Assembly: GCA_001783065.1 (NCBI GenBank)
Contig: MFQN01000004.1
Span: forward strand, 22,836-86,835
Length of the DNA: 64,000 nucleotides
Source of the DNA: Candidatus Magasanikbacteria bacterium RIFCSPLOWO2_12_FULL_43_12
GTDB lineage: Bacteria; Patescibacteriota; Patescibacteriia; Magasanikbacterales; UBA922
Direction: 5' to 3'
The position numbers were made by a program, and so were the translations under genes. Below the pieces are notes generated by a model. It was not told the DNA's origin, did no database searches, and saw only the letters and a list, made by a program, of their open reading frames with translations. Numbering within the stretch: the stretch's first letter is position 1; each line of letters begins with the position of its first letter. Of the stretch, positions 58,850 to 64,000 are shown piece after piece.

Positions 58850-59244
58850 CAGCCTATGCTTTGTTGTTTACTTTGGCAGCGGTTGGTTTAAGTGAAACAG
58901 TTTATCTTATCCGCAAAAGAATGGCCGCGGAAAAACCGGTTTGTTTGATTGGCGAAAGTTGTAGTTTGGTTCTGGAAAGCAAATACAGCAAGCTCTTCGG
59001 AGTTCATAATGATATTTTAGGTTTGTTGTTCTACATCACGGCCTTGTTTATTTCTGGATTTTTAGTAATTGGCGTTGAGCCGCTCATGTTTTGGAATTTT
59101 ATTTTTAAACTTTCAGTCGCGGTTGGATCGCTTCTGTCGCTGTTTCTTACCTATTTGCAATGGAGAGTGATTAAAGCGTGGTGTTTCTGGTGTTTGATGT
59201 CGGCCGTGACTATTTGGTTGATGGGGGTGATACTTATTCTATGA
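58846..59244 (+). CDS. vitamin K epoxide reductase (VKOR) family protein
   Basis: 'CLIGESC', 'SKYSKLFG', 'WCFWC'. Confidence 0.88.
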   Translation: MTAYALLFTLAAVGLSETVYLIRKRMAAEKPVCLIGESCSLVLESKYSKLFGVHNDILGLLFYITALFISGFLVIGVEPLMFWNFIFKLSVAVGSLLSLFLTYLQWRVIKAWCFWCLMSAVTIWLMGVILIL

Positions 59245-59621
59245 ACAAAACCAGCTTTCACATTTTGCGAGTCGGGTTGGCAATCACTTTTTTGTGGGTT
59301 GGGGTTTTGATTTTGAAAAATCCGGAGGCGTGGGGCGGGTATTTACAGCCATGGGCGAATGAATTGCTGTTAGTTCCGATAGAACAAGCAATGATTGGCG
59401 CGGCGATTCTTGATATTGTCATCGGCGTGTTTTTGCTGGCGGATATTTTTACCTGGCTCGCGGCGCTTGTCGGCGCTGTCCATCTAATTATTGTGCTCGC
59501 GGTGAGCGGCATCAGTGATATAACGGTGCGGGATATCGGGCTTTTGGCCGCGGCGCTGGCGATATTCGTTGATTCTCTACCACAAGCAATTATCAATCGG
59601 ATTAATTTTTTAAAAAAATAA
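59241..59621 (+). CDS. DoxX-like membrane protein
   Basis: 'LRVGLAITFLW.G', 'RDIGLL'. Confidence 0.75.
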   Translation: MNKTSFHILRVGLAITFLWVGVLILKNPEAWGGYLQPWANELLLVPIEQAMIGAAILDIVIGVFLLADIFTWLAALVGAVHLIIVLAVSGISDITVRDIGLLAAALAIFVDSLPQAIINRINFLKK

Positions 59622-59622
59622 T

Positions 59623-60057
59623 ATGAATAAAATAATCATCACTATCGTCATTATTATCATTGTGATTTTTGGCGGGTATTTTATCTTCAGGGGGGCAGAC
59701 CAGCCGACACCATCAGCTCCCCCAATAATAAATCAGCCGGAGGCAGCCGTTCCAGTCGTTGAAGAAAAAATAATAACCTATACTGATTCCGGTTTTTCAC
59801 CGGCGACGCTTACGATCAAAAAAGGCGAAACAGTTGTTTTCAAAAACCAAAGCGCGCAGTCCATGTGGCCGGCGTCAGCTTTTCATCCGACCCACACCGC
59901 TTATCCAACCACCGGCGGATGTCTTGGCAGCACCCTTGACGCCTGTAAGGGCGTACAGCTTGGTGAAAGTTGGTCGTTTCAATTTGATTTTGTCGGCAAT
60001 TGGAAATATCACGATCACTTGAATCCAAGCAATTTTGGTACGATTGTTGTGGAATAA
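59623..60057 (+). CDS. membrane-anchored cupredoxin-like protein
   Basis: 'GFSPATLTIKKGETVVFKN', 'HPTH', 'WKYHDHLNP'. Confidence 0.8.
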   Translation: MNKIIITIVIIIIVIFGGYFIFRGADQPTPSAPPIINQPEAAVPVVEEKIITYTDSGFSPATLTIKKGETVVFKNQSAQSMWPASAFHPTHTAYPTTGGCLGSTLDACKGVQLGESWSFQFDFVGNWKYHDHLNPSNFGTIVVE

Positions 60058-60142
60058 TTGACAATCGGCAACTGACAATTAACAACAAATGATTAACAAA
60101 AGGCAACAAAAAAATACCCCGACAACTTTGTCGGAGTATTTT

Positions 60143-60487
60143 CTATATTATTTTTATTCCGTATTTTAGTATCTCATGCGCCACGGGATTTATTTTCGGG
60201 TTAAATTGTCCGGGATGAAATCCGTGAGACTCAATCAGGCTAAAATCCATACGCATGGCACGGCTTAGTTTTTCTGTTTTTTTATCCCAAGTTTTAAATG
60301 CCGGCGAAATTATCGCGAGGTCAATATCACTGTCTTTGTGCTGCGTCCCTTTTGCCCATGAGCCGAAAAGATAGGCGTTTTTGATGGGAACACCCTGTTT
60401 TTCCAACATTGTCAAATAGCCCCAAATGCAGGAACTTACGGCAAGCGGGAGATTTTTTTTGCTTCGTTTTTTTATTTTTAAAGTCAT
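60143..60487 (-). CDS. minimal nucleotidyltransferase (MNT)
   Basis: 'LFGSWAKG...DSDIDLAIIS'. Confidence 0.85.
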   Translation of the reverse strand: MTLKIKKRSKKNLPLAVSSCIWGYLTMLEKQGVPIKNAYLFGSWAKGTQHKDSDIDLAIISPAFKTWDKKTEKLSRAMRMDFSLIESHGFHPGQFNPKINPVAHEILKYGIKII

Positions 60488-60608
60488 ATATTTATGACAG
60501 GCTTGTATGAATAAAATGTATCATTTTTTGTTTTTTCGTCCGTCGTTCACTCAAAATTGGGGGGGGGGGCGAATTCGTCAATCACTGGTAGTATGAAAAA
60601 AACTATTA

Positions 60609-60848
60609 TTACTTCAATGCATCCCAAATTTGTTCTTCGTCAAAACCCCATTCTAACATTTTTTTGAAGATTTTCATGTTGATAAATTTGTGAAGATTGT
60701 TTTGGATGGTGTATTTATGTTCTGTGTTAGGATGCTTAATTAAAACATGGCTTCCTTTGCCATGTTTCGTTTCCACAATTAATCCTAATTTTGTACATGC
60801 CTTAATCCATTGAGATTGTGTAATGTCAGAAAAACTTCTACTAGGCAT
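60609..60848 (-). CDS. HicA-like toxin
   Basis: 'GKGSHVLIKHP'. Confidence 0.7.
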   Translation of the reverse strand: MPSRSFSDITQSQWIKACTKLGLIVETKHGKGSHVLIKHPNTEHKYTIQNNLHKFINMKIFKKMLEWGFDEEQIWDALK

Positions 60849-61182
60849 AGACGTTTTGTTTTATTGTTATAGGTTCATTGTTTCCTCGTAAGAGGATATC
60901 GTTGCAAAGATAAGCAGGAATTTTAAAGTACGTAAAAATAGCATCCTTTATAGAAGAAGAGATGTTTTGGGTGCTAGTACCACCAGTTATAATGCCATCA
61001 AAATTTGTCGATTCGGCAGTCCACGATCCGTCGGGATATTGTTCAATTTTAAATTCTACACTGCCAATTGTGTCAATTTCTTTTTTCATTTTAATTACCC
61101 GTTCATCATTTGTTTCATTAAAATTATATCCCATTTTTCTAGCCAAAGTTGATAAGTTGTACATGTATCTATTTAGACGCAT
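60841..61182 (-). CDS. HicB-like protein
   Basis: 'DGSWTAES...GIITGG...IKDAI'; overlaps the HicA-like start. Confidence 0.55.
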   Translation of the reverse strand: MRLNRYMYNLSTLARKMGYNFNETNDERVIKMKKEIDTIGSVEFKIEQYPDGSWTAESTNFDGIITGGTSTQNISSSIKDAIFTYFKIPAYLCNDILLRGNNEPITIKQNVYA

Positions 61183-61300
61183 AAATTTCGTTTATATTAA
61201 GTTGTTTATATTATATCACAGAGTTTGGTAATTTTATATATTAATATCTTGTTTGTCAAGGTTGAGTCTTGTACACATCCATGATAGTGGTAGCTGGTTT

Positions 61301-61486
61301 TTAGCTCAACTTTCTTACCACCCCAGCGTCTGCGTCCACTTCTATTAAATCGCCGTCATGGAAAATTTTGGTGGCGATTTTTACGCCGATGACGCAGGGT
61401 TTTTTGAGTTCACGGGCAACAATCGCGGCATGGCAGAGGGTGCCGCCTTCGTCAGTAACAATTGCCGCGGCTTTTTTGATTTCACA
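61301..61486 (-). pseudogene. remnant of a PEP-utilising (phosphohistidine swivel) domain
   Basis: Manual translation [31 protein letters not shown]...[12 protein letters not shown]; in-frame stop upstream and no start. Confidence 0.8.
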
Positions 61487-61638
61487 TCAATTTGTTGATT
61501 TTTTTGTTTTTGTATAAGGATATTTTTTAGGTACCCAACAAGGATTATTAAAAAGTCAACAAACCAACTCAACAAACCAAATTACATTGTAAAAATTAAA
61601 GAAATGATGTATTCTAATAATGGTTTAATAAGACGGAT

Positions 61639-63102
61639 ATGAAAATTTTGAAATGGGTAAAATTAGTAGAGCGGGAGTCCGATTTTTGGAAAAATTACAT
61701 GATGATATCCTCAACAGGAGACATTAAGAAAGTTTTTGATTGCACAATCAAAGAGAGATTAACTACTCGTAGGGGAATGACCTTTATACACAGCATGAAT
61801 CCAAAGGCGGTTTGGAATTGTAGCTTACAAATTGAAGAGAAACTAGAGAGTAATCCAAAATTTACAGAAAAAATGAATCGGGTATTTATTGAATCACAAA
61901 AAAAATTATTAGATATTAATAAACAGCTGGAAAAAGTAAGTCTTAGTAAATTAACCAATGAAAAATTAGTCGGACTTTATAATCAATTTTGTGAAGCATA
62001 CAAGGGGCTGTATGCCGCTTTTCACCTGGCTGTTTATATAGATAGTATAGAAGACAAGGCAAAAGGTTGGTTATTAGATGAATTAAAAAAGATCGGGCAA
62101 AATAAAGATTTTGATAATTATTTTATAAAACTTTCGGCTTGGCCAGAGCCCAGTTTACTGCAAAAAGAAGAATTATCATTGCTTGGGATAGCGGTTAAGA
62201 TAAAAACAAAAAAAGGAAACACAGACCAGCTATTAGACAAACACACCGTTAAATTCGCTGGATTACCAGTCGTCAACGACGAAACTAAACCATGGGACAA
62301 AAAATATTTTCAAGCCCAATTGGGCAAACTGTTAACCAAACCCCAAGGCAAGCTTATGAAAGATTTGATGGAATCGCACTCGTATCGCAGCCAAATTAAA
62401 AAAAATCAATTGACTTTATTTAAAGAATTGAAGGTGCCCCAATTAATACAAAATTTTTTTCATCTTATTGGGTTATCGACATGGATTAGACTAGAATCAA
62501 GGAATACATTTGCGCTGTCGCATTATGCCTCAAGAAGTTTATTTAGAGAGATTGGTCGTAGAAATAATTTAACATCGGAGGATATAAAATGGTTAATCCC
62601 AAGCGAGACCAAGACCCTGATATTTACTGGCAGGCTTCCAAGCGCCAAAAAATTAAACGAAAGAAAATTCGCATCCGTTTTGTTGTTCCGTAACGGGAAG
62701 CACATAATTTTTGAAGGTAGAAAAGCGGACAAATTTATAAAAAAAGAAGTTGAGGAATTACCACCACTTTCAATACCCGATTTTATCAAAGGTGCAATTG
62801 CTTATACTGGTATTGCGCAAGGGGTAGTGAGACTGATTCTTTCCCAAAAAGATGTCGCAAAAATGCAACAGGGCGATATTTTGGTTGCGCGCATGACTAC
62901 CCCTGAAATTGTACCGGCGGCGCGGCTGGCGGCGGCAATTGTAACCGATGAGGGTGGCATAACGTGTCACGCAGCTATAATTTCCCGCGAATTAAAAATC
63001 CCCTGTGTTGTTGGTACAAAATTTGCTACTAAAATGTTAGAAGACAACGATATGATTATTGTTGACGCAAACAGAGGTATTGTTAAAAAATTAAAAATGT
63101 AA
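61639..63102 (+). CDS. protein with C-terminal PEP-utilising mobile domain
   Basis: 'ILVARMTTP', '[24 protein letters not shown]'. Confidence 0.85.
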   Translation: MKILKWVKLVERESDFWKNYMMISSTGDIKKVFDCTIKERLTTRRGMTFIHSMNPKAVWNCSLQIEEKLESNPKFTEKMNRVFIESQKKLLDINKQLEKVSLSKLTNEKLVGLYNQFCEAYKGLYAAFHLAVYIDSIEDKAKGWLLDELKKIGQNKDFDNYFIKLSAWPEPSLLQKEELSLLGIAVKIKTKKGNTDQLLDKHTVKFAGLPVVNDETKPWDKKYFQAQLGKLLTKPQGKLMKDLMESHSYRSQIKKNQLTLFKELKVPQLIQNFFHLIGLSTWIRLESRNTFALSHYASRSLFREIGRRNNLTSEDIKWLIPSETKTLIFTGRLPSAKKLNERKFASVLLFRNGKHIIFEGRKADKFIKKEVEELPPLSIPDFIKGAIAYTGIAQGVVRLILSQKDVAKMQQGDILVARMTTPEIVPAARLAAAIVTDEGGITCHAAIISRELKIPCVVGTKFATKMLEDNDMIIVDANRGIVKKLKM

Positions 63103-63104
63103 AT

Positions 63105-64000
63105 ATGCCAAGATCATCACTTGATCGCGAGCGTCCAGATTTTAGCGAAAGAACAGGAGAACAAAGGATTGAAGTGTTTGAAGGGGTAGAGGGAACACGC
63201 AAGGCCATTGAAAGAATTATTGAAGCCGGTAAAGATTATCAACATTTTATTGGCTATCCCAATACAAAGTGGGAAAAAGAGAATACAGAATGGGCGCGGA
63301 AAAATATTGTTCCCAAAAAGGTTGCCGCAGGAATACGATCAACAGGCATTTATTATCCCACAGAAACCATCAAAAATATTTGGCAATCAACAAGTAACAA
63401 CGAATTTCGTGATGTAAGTCTGTTGTCGGAAAATTTTCAGTTGCCTCTAAGATTCTATATTTATGGGCACACTGTTTTGTTTATTGAAGAAGTTGGGAAC
63501 GACTTCCGTTCCTTAGAAGTAACAGATCCACGTATTGCCGGAGAAATGAAAGAAATTTTTGAACGGTTTTTGACAAGTGCAGATGCCACAAAAGAAAAAG
63601 AAGGAAACGGACGCGAGATTGATTTATATCTTATTCGTCACGGTGAAGCAGAGTCACAAGAGAAAACAGCCAAACTATCTTCAAAAGGAAAATTACAAGC
63701 CGAAGTAGCCACACTGCGTATTCTATCGGATATTTGGAGCCAAGGTGGTGGACTGCTTAAGTTTCAAAATAGCCCGACTCTTCGTGCGCAAGAAACCTGC
63801 GATATTATGCGTACAACATCACAAAGAATTGTAGAAAGTTCTGAGCACAGCCCGATAAAACTTTATGATTCTCGTCAATCTAAATTTTTAGAAGCAGCTG
63901 GAGTCATTGGTCCTTTAATGAAGATGGGGGTACCATATGAAGAAGCTGTTGAACACTGGTTAACCAATCCGGAGGTGGTTGAAGGGAAAACGCCGCGAAT
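63105..64000 (+). CDS. partial: TrmB-effector-like domain fused to a histidine phosphatase
   Basis: Manual translation: 'IEVFEGVEG...FYIYGHTV...IAGEMKEIFE', then 'LYLIRHGEAE', 'LSSKGKLQA', 'SPTLRAQET'; runs off window. Confidence 0.7.
   Translation, partial: MPRSSLDRERPDFSERTGEQRIEVFEGVEGTRKAIERIIEAGKDYQHFIGYPNTKWEKENTEWARKNIVPKKVAAGIRSTGIYYPTETIKNIWQSTSNNEFRDVSLLSENFQLPLRFYIYGHTVLFIEEVGNDFRSLEVTDPRIAGEMKEIFERFLTSADATKEKEGNGREIDLYLIRHGEAESQEKTAKLSSKGKLQAEVATLRILSDIWSQGGGLLKFQNSPTLRAQETCDIMRTTSQRIVESSEHSPIKLYDSRQSKFLEAAGVIGPLMKMGVPYEEAVEHWLTNPEVVEGKTPR

Overview
A 64-kb bacterial chromosome window that includes the replication origin (dnaN-dnaA / rpmH-rnpA-yidD). The gene repertoire suggests a Patescibacteria/CPR (Parcubacteria/ABY1-like) genome; this is inference. 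Main content: (i) a ~12-kb minus-strand array of 12 TrbC/VirB2-like pilin paralogues, most with variable Cys-rich extensions, containing an orphan solute-binding lipoprotein and lying next to galU and three type IV minor-pilin genes; (ii) housekeeping genes (Xer recombinase, tig, rpsT, holA, polA, class A PBP, rmuC, ychF, lspA, comM, hppA) and six tRNAs; (iii) several toxin-antitoxin modules and gene remnants. The most striking unexplained structure is a set of seven small-gene cassettes (3 DUF559 endonucleases, 2 four-helix-bundle proteins, 2 GxxExxY proteins). Each is enclosed by its own family of 26-44 bp inverted repeats. The same repeat families recur as gene-less mini-hairpins and solo arms, and related repeats occur in frame inside holA, polA, ychF, the Xer gene and lspA. 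A promoter- and terminator-bounded, highly structured ~390-nt non-coding region (46310-46700) is a candidate unannotated RNA.
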